Part shown: positions 9,547 through 19,831 of the stretch, piece after piece | How positions within the stretch are numbered: position 1 is the first letter of the stretch | How the letters are laid out: each line of letters opens with the position of its first letter | Assembly (NCBI GenBank): GCA_965261545.1 | Contig: CBDHDF010000006.1 | Coordinates: forward strand, 64,001 to 128,000 | DNA length: 64,000 nt | Reading direction: 5' to 3' | Source of the DNA: Bdellovibrionales bacterium | GTDB taxonomy: Bacteria; Bdellovibrionota; Bdellovibrionia; Bdellovibrionales; UBA1609 | Notes under the pieces: model-generated | What the model saw: the letters and a program-made list of their open reading frames with translations, nothing else | What the model was told of the DNA's origin: nothing | The model's database searches: none | Made by a program: the position numbers and the translations under genes

Positions 9547-11459
9547 CCCGAGTTTGACAGCAGCATCTGCGTCAAACGAATGATATTAAAGGATTAACGC
9601 ATATAGTTGTATTTTGTTTATCCACACTTGTGGGCATTAAGGATTCTGGGAGGGATGGGGACGCCTGCGGCTTTAAATAAGGAGTTGGCATTGCCAGTGA
9701 TATCTGTGCGGGTCCAAATGACTTGATCACGAATTTTAACAGGGATAGCCCTAACTTCCTTGAGTTCCCTCATGGCCTCTACAACAGTTAAAGGTCGCTC
9801 TTTAACATGACCAATGCCTATGGCTGGGCTTTTTAGGTTCATCTTCTTATCTCTTAAACATTTTGTAAGGTGGGCCTCACAAAGATAAGTTAAAAAGCAT
9901 AGAGTTAAATGTCCAATAATCCTCTGGTCTGTCCAATGGAAAACAGGACGTGTTTTCAAAGTCCCTTTTAACTCACCAAAAGCATCTTCAATTTTCCACA
10001 ATTCTTTGTAGTTGATAATAATCTCATCTGCCGTCAAGTCTTTGACATTTGTAAGGACGGCAAAAAAACCATCAATTTTTTCATCTAATTCTATTTGTTC
10101 TGCATTTAATTCAGGTTTTTTATTTTTGTCGTCAGCCATCTTTACATATTTCTTATAACCTTTATTGGAAACAAAAGTACTAGACTGAACACCTTTAGAA
10201 GATAGTTTTCCTTCGATCTTTTCAAGAAGGGATTCTCTAGATTTTTTATCTCTCTCTGCTCTTTTCCTAGACCAAGTCACAATACATCTATGCCCCCCAT
10301 GGTCTGTTTCGTAAACAGCAAGCTCATTCTCATATACCCAGCTAAAACGATTTAAATCATAGACCTCTTGTTTCTTTTCTTTTTTTAAAGATCCAAGCTT
10401 CATACCAACAATAAACTCGCTTTGATCCTCACTGAGTTTGTCAGTATTAGCCTTTGATAAAAGCCCCCTATCAGCCACAAAAATGAAACGGCGTACATTA
10501 AACTTTTTTCTCATTTTATCAACAATATCTGAAAGCGTCTTGCCTTCAAAAGTATTACCAGGGAAAACCTCAAAACCTAAAGGGATGCCATCCCGATTCA
10601 CCAACAAACCAAAGACAACTTGGGTGCAGTCTGATCGTCTCTCTTTACTATAGCCAAATTGACGAAGTTTCCCTAAGTCTGTTCTTGTACTCTCGAAGCG
10701 TAAGGTTGTTAAATCATACAACACAATGTCTACTTGGAAATTAAATAAATCTCGCCCCACCCAATAAAGCGAGTTCTCTATTTCATCCTTATGGGAGGCA
10801 AGTAAGTCCATAGACCGATAAATATGCTGGAGACTCAAATCACCCTTAATCATGTCTGGGTAAAAAGATTTTTGCCAATACTCAAAAACCTTTAACTTGG
10901 AACTAGGAGCAATAAATCGGCTGGCAACTAAGGTAAAAATCACCTTACATAAATCAAATTGAACTTTCTCATGAGAATCTTTTATGTCTTTGAGGGTCTT
11001 ATTGATACCCAGTTGATCAAACAACTTTTGTAAAATCAGCAAGGGACCCAAAATGAAAGTCTCTTCGATGTAAAGCTCCTTAGCCAATTGACTCACAGTG
11101 AGAAGCTCTCGGTGGCGGGATACGGCCTGCGCCAAACTATTAATCTTATCCTCTCCTCCTTCTCCAGCCTTACCTAAGGACATGAGCATGCGTTTTTTGG
11201 ATTTGCCTTTTTCTCTGTAGGACTCCACAAGGTGGTAGTAGCACTGACCTTTTGAGTTTTTAGTCGTTTGGATGTACATGAGGATATTTTCTACATATTT
11301 CTATGATATATCAATATTTAAAACGATAAAATCCTATTTTGTTTTCTACACTTTTTTTACGTCAATTTTAATTTTTCCAGCAGCTACCATTATATTTCAG
11401 TACAACCCCAATTTCTGGAAATTTCGCATTTTAACGCAGATGCTGCTGTCAAACTCGGG
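9547..11459 (-). mobile_element. IS1634-family element B, copy 2
   Basis: Same IRs as copy 1; 125-bp direct repeat 9422-9546 / 11460-11584. Confidence 0.96.
9618..11279 (-). CDS. IS1634-family transposase (553 aa, intact)
   Basis: LYDLTTLRFE, GYSKERRSD, FPGNTFE, VADRG, YKELWKIEDAF, RPVFHW motifs. Confidence 0.94.
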   Translation of the reverse strand: MYIQTTKNSKGQCYYHLVESYREKGKSKKRMLMSLGKAGEGGEDKINSLAQAVSRHRELLTVSQLAKELYIEETFILGPLLILQKLFDQLGINKTLKDIKDSHEKVQFDLCKVIFTLVASRFIAPSSKLKVFEYWQKSFYPDMIKGDLSLQHIYRSMDLLASHKDEIENSLYWVGRDLFNFQVDIVLYDLTTLRFESTRTDLGKLRQFGYSKERRSDCTQVVFGLLVNRDGIPLGFEVFPGNTFEGKTLSDIVDKMRKKFNVRRFIFVADRGLLSKANTDKLSEDQSEFIVGMKLGSLKKEKKQEVYDLNRFSWVYENELAVYETDHGGHRCIVTWSRKRAERDKKSRESLLEKIEGKLSSKGVQSSTFVSNKGYKKYVKMADDKNKKPELNAEQIELDEKIDGFFAVLTNVKDLTADEIIINYKELWKIEDAFGELKGTLKTRPVFHWTDQRIIGHLTLCFLTYLCEAHLTKCLRDKKMNLKSPAIGIGHVKERPLTVVEAMRELKEVRAIPVKIRDQVIWTRTDITGNANSLFKAAGVPIPPRILNAHKCG

Positions 11460-12278
11460 ATCCTGTTGCGTAGCAATCCTTGATCCTACCAAAATTTATC
11501 GCAACTAAAGAACCCACATAATCTCTACCTTCCACATCGGCCATTTCAATACCAAGATTTTTAACAGTCCCACCAACTCTTAATGTAAGAAATAAAGCCG
11601 CATTACCAGTGGTCACATGGATTGTGGGATTCATAATTTTTTTGCCGCGTCCATTCAATATTCCTGAAAAGTTGGCAATGGGAGAAGCGTCTTGATTCTT
11701 TAAGTCAATATTTTGACCCATTACATAGTTAAAAGATGATGAAGAATACATAAAATGACCTAGCAATGCTAAGTGAGCAGGCGAACATAAAACAAAGGGA
11801 TCATTCGCAGTGCCCAAGCCAGGTAATTCACTATCCATTGTGTTGGGGTCATTGCAAATCTCTAGGTCAGGCTCCTCGCCGGGAATCTCTGGCGTGGGTG
11901 GAGCGGGCTCCTCGCCGGGAATCTCTGGCACTGAAGTTGGACTCTTTAACCTGTAACTACGATAGGAACTTTCTTCATGACATGCAGACAGCAGTAAGCA
12001 ACACAAAAGTAGTAAGAAACATAAGAACACATGGCCAAGAAATAAATTGCAACGCATGGTCGATAAATTGTAACGATATTCCTTCATTTTGATCTCCAGC
12101 ACCTCGGCCGGGTGAATGAACTCATTGGGTTAATGGGACTGATTTGGCAGAAGGGTTTTTTCGCATAAAATATTTATCAATGTGTAATTATTATACAGTG
12201 CCATCAATTGACGCACAAGTTATCATGCAGAATACTGCGTTAGGGCTCAAACGGCTTTAAGGAATGGAATGGAGGTCT

Positions 12279-13079
12279 ATGAAAATCATATCTTGGAATG
12301 TCAATGGAATTCGAGCTTGTGCAAAAAAGGGCCTCTTGGAGTTTGCATCCAAGGAAGATCCCGATATTCTCTGCCTCCAGGAAACCAAGGCCCACCCCGA
12401 CCAACTCGTATCTCAACTTTTACACCCCATGGGACGCAAAAGTTATTGGTCATCTGCTGTGAAAAAGGGGTACTCAGGTACTGTTACCTATTTGAAAGAA
12501 AAACCAGACAGCGTCATACGAGGTATTGGCCTCAGAAAATTTGATGCAGAGGGTCGATTTGTTGTGACGGAGCAAAAGGGCTTTGCTTTATACAATGTAT
12601 ACTTCCCCAACGGTTCAGCCCGAGAAGAGAGGCATTTATACAAGCAAGATTTTCTGAAAAAATTTACAACTCATCTCAAAAAGAGGGTGGATCGTAGCGA
12701 GGAGGTGATGGTGGTGGGTGATTACAATGTGGCCTATCAAGATATAGATGTCCATGACCCCCAAGGCCTCTCCAAAGTCAGTGGCTTTCTCCCAGAAGAA
12801 CGGGAGTGGTTTCAAGGGTTTCTCAATGTAGGCTTTACAGACATCTTTCGCCACTTTCATCCCAATGAGGAGAATCGCTATTCTTGGTGGTCGTATAGAG
12901 AAAATGCTAGAATTGCCAATAAGGGCTGGAGAATTGACCACATATGTTGTACAAGTGGACTAGCTCAAAAAGTAATATCTATTGACATTCTTGATGAGCA
13001 AATGGGCTCCGATCATTGTCCCATTGTCGTCGAGATGGAAGACTCATTTGACTTGGCCACCCCTGCTTCAAGAGCCTAA
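12279..13079 (+). CDS. xth: Exodeoxyribonuclease III / AP endonuclease
   Basis: SWNVNGIRA, LQETK, YFPNG, GDYN, GWRIDH, SDHCP. Confidence 0.96.
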   Translation: MKIISWNVNGIRACAKKGLLEFASKEDPDILCLQETKAHPDQLVSQLLHPMGRKSYWSSAVKKGYSGTVTYLKEKPDSVIRGIGLRKFDAEGRFVVTEQKGFALYNVYFPNGSAREERHLYKQDFLKKFTTHLKKRVDRSEEVMVVGDYNVAYQDIDVHDPQGLSKVSGFLPEEREWFQGFLNVGFTDIFRHFHPNEENRYSWWSYRENARIANKGWRIDHICCTSGLAQKVISIDILDEQMGSDHCPIVVEMEDSFDLATPASRA

Positions 13080-13209
13080 AATAAATAAGAGTCATTTGCG
13101 AATTTTACAAACCCAATAGGCAAGCGAGGCACTCGTGGGCAGGCAAAGCAAAAAGCAACCTACAGTGGGCAAGTAAAGACCCAAAGACCCATAAATAAAT
13201 AAGGCACAT

Positions 13210-13749
13210 ATGCTATTGATTTTAATACTACTTTTGACAACAATTCCCATCATAGAGATTTTCTTGCTCCTTCAAGTAGGGGAAGCCATTGGAACATGGA
13301 ACACTGTGGGAATTGTCATTTTTACGGGTTTACTGGGGGCATACGCCCTACGAACCCAGGGTCGGGCCATATTTCGACGCCTAGAGCTTAAGTTGTATCG
13401 AGGGGAACTCCCCACAAATCCCATTGTCCATAGCTTATTTATCCTTATCGGTGGGATTTTAATGATAACACCTGGTCTTCTTACAGACCTTGTGGGCTTT
13501 GGTATGGTCTTACCTTTTACTCGCCCTTTATTCGTCGGTATCTTTAAAAGTTTCTTTCGCAAATTTGGTCAAGTACATGTGCGTACCTATAGAGCCACGG
13601 AAAACCCCTTCCATGGCCAATGGAAAGAGGTCCCCTCGGCGACAGAAGAAATAAAAAAATCCAAGACCTCCCTGTGTAAGGCCGACATCATTGATCTCAA
13701 TGCCTTTAAAGAGAAAAATAATCAAAACCACCCTCATTCCACAGATTGA
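13210..13749 (+). CDS. fxsA: FxsA family membrane protein
   Basis: IPIIEIFLL, LRTQG, GGILMITPGLLTD. Confidence 0.9.
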   Translation: MLLILILLLTTIPIIEIFLLLQVGEAIGTWNTVGIVIFTGLLGAYALRTQGRAIFRRLELKLYRGELPTNPIVHSLFILIGGILMITPGLLTDLVGFGMVLPFTRPLFVGIFKSFFRKFGQVHVRTYRATENPFHGQWKEVPSATEEIKKSKTSLCKADIIDLNAFKEKNNQNHPHSTD

Positions 13750-13786
13750 TCCCCACCAGAATGGACGGCATGGAAATAGCAGCGTG

Positions 13787-14248
13787 CTAATTGCTAGAAA
13801 TATTTATGAGATCATAACCGTTTAAGAGTCTAGAAATAATTCTTAACTTTACGATATAAATGGCACAAGGAGGTATAGTGGATAAAAAATCTCTTTGATA
13901 CTCACTCAATTCACGGGGCCCCTTTGTATAATTCAACAAATCAATAAGGGTGTCCAACTCAATTTGAGCTTCGGCAATATCCAACTCACCCGTAGGTGTA
14001 TCACTTTGGCATAGCCTAGGGTTCCAGCTCTGTTCGCCCCCAGGAAGCCCACGCTTCACGCCCTCAAATTGCACCTCTTCTTTGCTGTTGTAGGTGTGAA
14101 TCTCTCCTTTGGAATCCTTCATAGTAATAATAGTTTTTTCTTTCCCTCTCCCCTCTAGCTTATGAAGAGTCTTTGATAAAAGGTGGGTCATAAATAAATT
14201 GTAAGTCACTATAAAAAGAAACCATAAAATAAAATTTCTCTTGTTCAT
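13787..14248 (-). CDS. Hypothetical protein with N-terminal membrane anchor or signal
   Basis: 153-aa ORF, GGAG RBS, hydrophobic N-terminus. Confidence 0.65.
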   Translation of the reverse strand: MNKRNFILWFLFIVTYNLFMTHLLSKTLHKLEGRGKEKTIITMKDSKGEIHTYNSKEEVQFEGVKRGLPGGEQSWNPRLCQSDTPTGELDIAEAQIELDTLIDLLNYTKGPRELSEYQRDFLSTIPPCAIYIVKLRIISRLLNGYDLINISSN

Positions 14249-14326
14249 GATAACTCCATTAAATAATGAAATAACAACTAGGCTCCTTATTTGGTGCCTT
14301 GAGATGTATTGATTCGTAAAGTTGTG

Positions 14327-14406
14327 AAAAAGACCCCCCCCCCTATGATCCTCTTAGAACCATGAGGAGGGGGAGAGCAATTATTAGCAAGGAGACTAAT
14401 AAGCTT
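14327..14406 (-). ncRNA. Candidate small RNA (anti-SD loop hairpin plus terminator)
   Basis: TCCGATAA sigma28-like -10 at 14414-14421, 7-bp stem with UCUCCUUG loop, GC-rich hairpin followed by T-run. Confidence 0.35.
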
Positions 14407-14490
14407 AGTAAACTTATCGGAGACCAAAAAAAATCCTAAACATTATTTATAAATTTATAATCTTAGGGCTTGTCGCGGCGCAATGCGTCT

Positions 14491-15474
14491 CTATTTTTTT
14501 TCAGGAAGATACTCTAGTAATTCTGTAATCTTGACAACTTCTTCCCCTGCACAAGAGTGATCACTGCAACGAAACGATACATTGCAATTGCGCCTTTCAT
14601 CAAGTTTATAATCCACCTCTCCTCTTACAAGAACCCCCTCTACCAGACCCGATTGGCTGTTAAAAACAGCTGAGCCTGAATTGCCCCCATAAGTGTCTAA
14701 ATTTGATATAAAATAAAAATCTCCCATAGACCTTACAGCAGCGCCACTAGAAACCTTCTTTGGCAACCCTGATGGGTGGCCTATAACCAGCAAAGGACTA
14801 CCTATGGACACAATACCAGAACGCCTTATTTGAAGAGGTTTCCGCCCTAAAACATTTCTATCTAGTTGAATAATGGCATAATCAATTTCTCCCGCCCCCC
14901 CATACTCAACCTGAATGATATCACGACAAGTGTAGACATCCTCCAAGGGAATCGTAGACGGATCATGATTTGGAGACTGAAGCTCATATCCAAAAATAAA
15001 TTTTGTTCTTTGACAAATATATAGTGAGGGCACACAATGTCCTGCTGTTACAACAATGTCTGAGTCTACCAAAAAAGCCGAACAAAAAGCGCCAATCCTT
15101 TGGTGATAAAATAATTCATCAGAGCATAAATTATAGCTCTTCCCAAATGGGTATGTATAAATTTCTACACCGAGACTTGAACTAGAAATATGGCTTTCAT
15201 CCACAAGAGCCAGAGTTGACTGTGACATTTCAATATACTTAGAGTTGCATACATTATACATATCCACCCTATTGTCATTGCCATATATAACCTTAGTTGA
15301 AAAAGAATTCAGAGTATTTAGAGTATTCAAAGAATTTAAAGAATTCTTATCTTCACATAAATAGTTGGACTCTGCTGACTCCGAATTGAAAGGCGACTGA
15401 ACGCCGGACCGACTTCCACCACAACTTAAAACCACAGAAAGACTCATAAAAAATCCGAAGTATTTCATCATCAC
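14491..15474 (-). CDS. Trypsin-like serine protease lipoprotein
   Basis: Lipobox VLSC, TAGHC, DYAII, GGNSGS catalytic motifs. Confidence 0.93.
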   Translation of the reverse strand: MMMKYFGFFMSLSVVLSCGGSRSGVQSPFNSESAESNYLCEDKNSLNSLNTLNTLNSFSTKVIYGNDNRVDMYNVCNSKYIEMSQSTLALVDESHISSSSLGVEIYTYPFGKSYNLCSDELFYHQRIGAFCSAFLVDSDIVVTAGHCVPSLYICQRTKFIFGYELQSPNHDPSTIPLEDVYTCRDIIQVEYGGAGEIDYAIIQLDRNVLGRKPLQIRRSGIVSIGSPLLVIGHPSGLPKKVSSGAAVRSMGDFYFISNLDTYGGNSGSAVFNSQSGLVEGVLVRGEVDYKLDERRNCNVSFRCSDHSCAGEEVVKITELLEYLPEKK

Positions 15475-15498
15475 AATCCTCTAATTTTAGATGATAAT

Positions 15499-15525
15499 AG
15501 TTCGGTAATTTATTTTATCTTTTTA
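15499..15525 (-). promoter_or_regulatory. Putative sigma28/FliA promoter of the protease gene
   Basis: TAAA-N15-ACCGAACT versus consensus TAAA-N15-GCCGATAA. Confidence 0.4.
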
Positions 15526-15629
15526 ATGGCTACATAGATAAACTAGATGGAGATATAAATAAACTAGAGTGAGGTGATATAAATTGTCCATAAAGTCCTC
15601 ATACTTATAGCTGGATCCTACATTCCCCA

Positions 15630-16247
15630 TTAGAGTTGAGAACAATCATTGGAGAGGATGGTAAGTTGCCAGACCTGTTCCCGCAACAATTTCTGAGACC
15701 CTGGCAACTCTTTCATCATTCTTTCTCGAAAGTCCACCCATTGCTTTTCAGAATACAACTTCTGGTTGATTCTTTTGATATTACAAAAAAGACTCATATC
15801 TGAAGCGTCCATCCAGCCATATTTCTCGCCAATTCCTCTCGGCGGCTTATCTCCCCAAGCAATCCTTACCATAAGTTCAATGGTTTCCCAAAAAGCGTCT
15901 TTGAGTTCCTTGACCTGGCCGATGCCCCTCTTACACTCATTGGATACAAGACGAAAGCTTCTTAAAATATCTCTAAAATTGAAAAAAAACTCATAACACC
16001 CCCCTGTGCTATTAGAGTTTCGACAATACTGGATATCTTTTTGAAATCCTGACCTTGGCATTCCCCCCAACTTTTGCCCCTTTGCTTTATCAACAAAGAG
16101 GTATTGACCTATGTCTTCCCTAAAGACTTCCATCTGGCTAGTACATATGTTGTGGGGCGGATCCATGAGAACAATAAGGAGCACTCCTCCGACAAGGCAA
16201 AGAGTGACAAGAACGGGTTGAGATAACTTAGAGAAAAAATTATTCAT
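15630..16247 (-). CDS. Hypothetical Cys-containing membrane-anchored protein
   Basis: 205-aa ORF with one N-terminal TM helix. Confidence 0.7.
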   Translation of the reverse strand: MNNFFSKLSQPVLVTLCLVGGVLLIVLMDPPHNICTSQMEVFREDIGQYLFVDKAKGQKLGGMPRSGFQKDIQYCRNSNSTGGCYEFFFNFRDILRSFRLVSNECKRGIGQVKELKDAFWETIELMVRIAWGDKPPRGIGEKYGWMDASDMSLFCNIKRINQKLYSEKQWVDFRERMMKELPGSQKLLREQVWQLTILSNDCSQL

Positions 16248-16277
16248 TCATGAAAACAACCTGGCCTTTATTTTATC

Positions 16278-17831
16278 TTAAAAGTTCAAAGAGCCTTCAA
16301 GCATCAACTTAGAGTAGGTATCATAAGCACTACCATCACTCATGGCAAAGTAATCTCCCGGTGTGAGCTGACTGTAAGTCAAAGAGAGGTTAAGAGTATC
16401 ACTAAATCTCTTTCCCACCCATAAATCAATTTCTGAGCCTAAATTATCATTATTATTGCTGTTCGACTTCATCCAAGCTTTAGAGGCTCCCACAGAGCCT
16501 CCCCCCATGGCGTGAAAACTGTCAGCCCCATGGGTCGCTGAAAACATAAAATAAGAAGCACCTAATTGAATCTCACTTGCGGGCTCCAGCATAACACCCA
16601 TACCCATATAAGTGAGATTTCCCCATTGAAAAACATCTAACTCTCCACCATTGGCGTGAATGTCATAGTAGAAGGAGTCGTATCTCTCACTTCCATTGTC
16701 ATCAACACCATCCTCTCCTGAGTCTGTATGGAAGACACCATAGACTCTTAAGTTGGCCGCATTTGAAAAAGAATAACCTACCTTGAGGTCCACCATTGTT
16801 CCCGACCAATCCATTTCACTGCTAGCTAATGTTCCACTGTGAGAAGCCAAGGAAAGATTGTAATTTAAGTTCATAACACTTCCCATCGTGCTCATTCCAT
16901 ATCGAAGAGAAGAGCGTTCAGTAAAAGAACCTATAGTATCGGATTGATTTTGCATCAAATGAAAGCTAAGCGAACCCAACCAACTTGGAAGGTATTTGAT
17001 GTCAAAACTCCCTCCCACAGATGAAGCCTCTTTATCATCATAATCATCATACATGTTGTTTTGAGATACCCCGTCAGCAAAATTAATGTACCAAAAGATA
17101 GATCGCACAGGCTCCAAGTCATAAGTGACAACAAGCCCATCCATAGCCGTGGGAACCTGTTCAAAATCATTTTTCGCAAGAACAGAGCCATCTGCAAGCT
17201 CCAAAGATGTGCGTCCAAAGTGAATGGTCAATTCATCTGAAGCCATCCAAATTCCATAGGCCTGATTCACAGTGAGTCCATTGTCTGCCACAAACCGGTC
17301 AGGCGTTGCCATATGGGGGTAACCTTGACTTTCTCCCATGGTGACACCACTTTCATCAACGATCACCTGGTGCCCCCACCGATGGGTGTGAAGCAAAGTG
17401 ACATGTCCCAAAAATTTTTCTTGGGCACGAAAATCAGTGCTCAATCTGAATCTTTGCTCCCAGTAATCTTCAGTTCCCGGCGCAATTTTATCGTTACCAT
17501 CAGCACCAATATCTATCACATGTCGCAAACGCATATCCCCCCCTAGAGACATAGGCCGGTAGCCTTGATTCTGGTGACCGCCGCCTTCATGGCGGGGACC
17601 CGGGTGAGTCTGGTGGCCGCCGCCTTCATGGCCCTGGGGCCCCGGGTGAGTCTGCGGCCGATGGCCTCCTTGGTGATTCTGATGGCGGCCCTGTTGATCT
17701 TGCTCCTGACCCCATGACGCCCATGACATGGAAGCCACAAAAAATAAGATAAGCGATATAAACAAACTTATAATTTCTTGGTGGATGCTCTTTTGAATGA
17801 TTAGACTTTCAGTAATTCCTCGAGTTTTCAT
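16278..17831 (-). CDS. Outer-membrane beta-barrel, alginate-export-like, with His/Gly-rich N-terminal repeats
   Basis: QRFRL, VNQAY, GR..L..G, LGSEIDL, PGDYF motifs and C-terminal Phe. Confidence 0.75.
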   Translation of the reverse strand: MKTRGITESLIIQKSIHQEIISLFISLILFFVASMSWASWGQEQDQQGRHQNHQGGHRPQTHPGPQGHEGGGHQTHPGPRHEGGGHQNQGYRPMSLGGDMRLRHVIDIGADGNDKIAPGTEDYWEQRFRLSTDFRAQEKFLGHVTLLHTHRWGHQVIVDESGVTMGESQGYPHMATPDRFVADNGLTVNQAYGIWMASDELTIHFGRTSLELADGSVLAKNDFEQVPTAMDGLVVTYDLEPVRSIFWYINFADGVSQNNMYDDYDDKEASSVGGSFDIKYLPSWLGSLSFHLMQNQSDTIGSFTERSSLRYGMSTMGSVMNLNYNLSLASHSGTLASSEMDWSGTMVDLKVGYSFSNAANLRVYGVFHTDSGEDGVDDNGSERYDSFYYDIHANGGELDVFQWGNLTYMGMGVMLEPASEIQLGASYFMFSATHGADSFHAMGGGSVGASKAWMKSNSNNNDNLGSEIDLWVGKRFSDTLNLSLTYSQLTPGDYFAMSDGSAYDTYSKLMLEGSLNF

Positions 17832-18001
17832 TTACGTCCCCTCCCTCTCTTCATCTTCATACATACACATATTACATTTTTTAGAGTATAAAGTTGTTAG
17901 TTAAAGCATATAATAATTATGGGGATAGTATATGGAGCAAGCTATTTTAGAGTCAATACATGGCCATGCGGGAGGCCATGATTATTCATAAAAACCAAAG
18001 A

Positions 18002-19225
18002 TTATAAAATCTTATACTTTAAAAACCGACACTCAAGGGGGCCATTGTAGATAGGGTGTTTTGCCGAGGCTTTGAGTTGAAGAGCACGAGTGAGTTCCGC
18101 ATTCCCAGAAATGATCCAACAGGTCCAACCTTTAAAGCGTCTTTTCAAAGTAAAAGCTAAATCCTTATAAGTGTCCATAACTTCATCCAATGAACCCATC
18201 CTTTCCCCATAGGGCGGATTGACAACCAAGATTCCCTTCTTTTCTTCCACCGTCAAGAGGTTGTCTGCCAAAGGGGCGGCTGCTAAACGAGTGTCCTTCA
18301 AAATATTTTTTGCCAAATGATTTCCAACCTCATGAGCGACACATGGATTCTTTAAGAGACTCACGAATTCTTTTTTAAATACAATGTCATTCTCCACTCC
18401 CGCCTCCTTGGCATTGACCAAGCTATCTTGAATGGCCTTGGGGTGACAATCAAAACCATAGATATCAGCAACAGGGCCCTCCTTTTCTCGGTCCACGGCC
18501 TCCTTAACCACTCGATCCCAAACATCTTTTTGGAACTCCTTGAACCCTTGAAAAGCAAAGCCTTGACGCCAAATCCCCGGAGCCATAGCCCTTGCCATCA
18601 TGGCGGCCTCAATGAGAATCGTTCCCGATCCACACATGGGATCAATAAGAGGGACTCCTGGCTTCCACCCACTTATTTTAATCAATGCCGCAGCTAGGTG
18701 TTCTCGCAATGGAGCCGGTCCTGCATTTTTACGATATCCCCTAAAAGCCAAGCTTTCCCCGGAAGTATCAAGACTGAGAGAAACCTGATTCTTCACAATA
18801 CGCACCACAACCTTTAAATGGGGAGCCTTTTTGTTAACATCCGGTCGAGTTCCCAATTTTTCACGAAACTGATCCACAATAGCATCTTTGACTTTCAAAG
18901 CGACAAAACGATGATCCCTAAAGGAACTGTCTCTCACATGAGCCTCTACAGCAATGGACTCCGATGGCTCAATATACTTGGTAAAATCATGTTTTCTCAC
19001 ATTGCAATAGAGTTCATCATTTTGGTAGGCCGGAAATTGAAGGAGAGGCTTTACAATACGAGTGGCTGAGTGAAGATAGAGATTGGCCTTGTAACACCCC
19101 TCCCAAGAGCTGTCAAACCATACTCCCGCAGGCTCTTTTTCAAGAACTTTAAGCCCAAGGGCCGTAAGCTCATCATGAAGGACACCGTGAAGACCTCTTG
19201 AGGTCATGGCAAGAAACTTTGCCAT
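18002..19225 (-). CDS. THUMP-domain 23S rRNA methyltransferase (RlmL-like)
   Basis: DTSGESL..RGYR, APLRE.LAA, DPMCGSGT, NPPYGER. Confidence 0.93.
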   Translation of the reverse strand: MAKFLAMTSRGLHGVLHDELTALGLKVLEKEPAGVWFDSSWEGCYKANLYLHSATRIVKPLLQFPAYQNDELYCNVRKHDFTKYIEPSESIAVEAHVRDSSFRDHRFVALKVKDAIVDQFREKLGTRPDVNKKAPHLKVVVRIVKNQVSLSLDTSGESLAFRGYRKNAGPAPLREHLAAALIKISGWKPGVPLIDPMCGSGTILIEAAMMARAMAPGIWRQGFAFQGFKEFQKDVWDRVVKEAVDREKEGPVADIYGFDCHPKAIQDSLVNAKEAGVENDIVFKKEFVSLLKNPCVAHEVGNHLAKNILKDTRLAAAPLADNLLTVEEKKGILVVNPPYGERMGSLDEVMDTYKDLAFTLKRRFKGWTCWIISGNAELTRALQLKASAKHPIYNGPLECRFLKYKIL

Positions 19226-19226
19226 A

Positions 19227-19598
19227 CTATGGCTTTTTTGGCTTTTTTGAAAGGCCCTTTGCGGGCGCCTCTTTGCTTTCTTTTTTAATTTCTTTGCGAA
19301 GTTGGTTTTGAACTTTGCTTACGCTAAAGAGGCTGCGAGGCTCAGCCACCAGTTCCTGAACTTGAAGGTCTTCTTCGTCCGCTCCCCCCGGATAGCTCCT
19401 CTCTTGAGACCTTCGAGCCACTTCCCTCTCAGAAACTTCCTCAGAAACTTCCTCAGAAATCTCAGTTTGAGAAGCGACCCCTCTCTCCTGGGCCATGAGA
19501 CAAGGGGAAACCACCACGAGAAAAAAACTGAGAAATAAGGCCATCGGTGCCATAAGTGCCGCAGATATCATAGGTGCCGTAGGTGCCGTGGATGTCAT
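19227..19598 (-). CDS. Hypothetical secreted protein
   Basis: Signal-like N-terminus, YPGGADEEDLQVQ core, abuts the methyltransferase start. Confidence 0.6.
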   Translation of the reverse strand: MTSTAPTAPMISAALMAPMALFLSFFLVVVSPCLMAQERGVASQTEISEEVSEEVSEREVARRSQERSYPGGADEEDLQVQELVAEPRSLFSVSKVQNQLRKEIKKESKEAPAKGLSKKPKKP

Positions 19599-19831
19599 AA
19601 ATGCCGCAAATGTCCAAGTGCCACAGTAATAGATTCCATAAGAAAACGAAACAATAATTTCATAAACAGCACCTCATACCAACTAAATAACCCTATAAGG
19701 ACAAAAAAACAAGATGAACTTGGAAACAATATCATAGTGCTATGCGTTGATATTTGAAAGTGCATCTCTAGAGGGTGTAGAATGAAGAATGACTGTTCTA
19801 CAAGCTTAAGCTTACCCAAGGGACCATTTCA

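Larger units (their letters stand above)
8624..12087 (-). pseudogene. GLUG-repeat, Ser-rich surface lipoprotein, split by IS1634-B and 3'-truncated by the IS4 end
   Basis: Lipobox LSAC, PEIPGEEP duplicate, GxGT..DPF motif, repeated YSGGLVGYNxGTIxSSYATG; segments 12087-11460 and 9546-8624; start codon uncertain. Confidence 0.85.
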
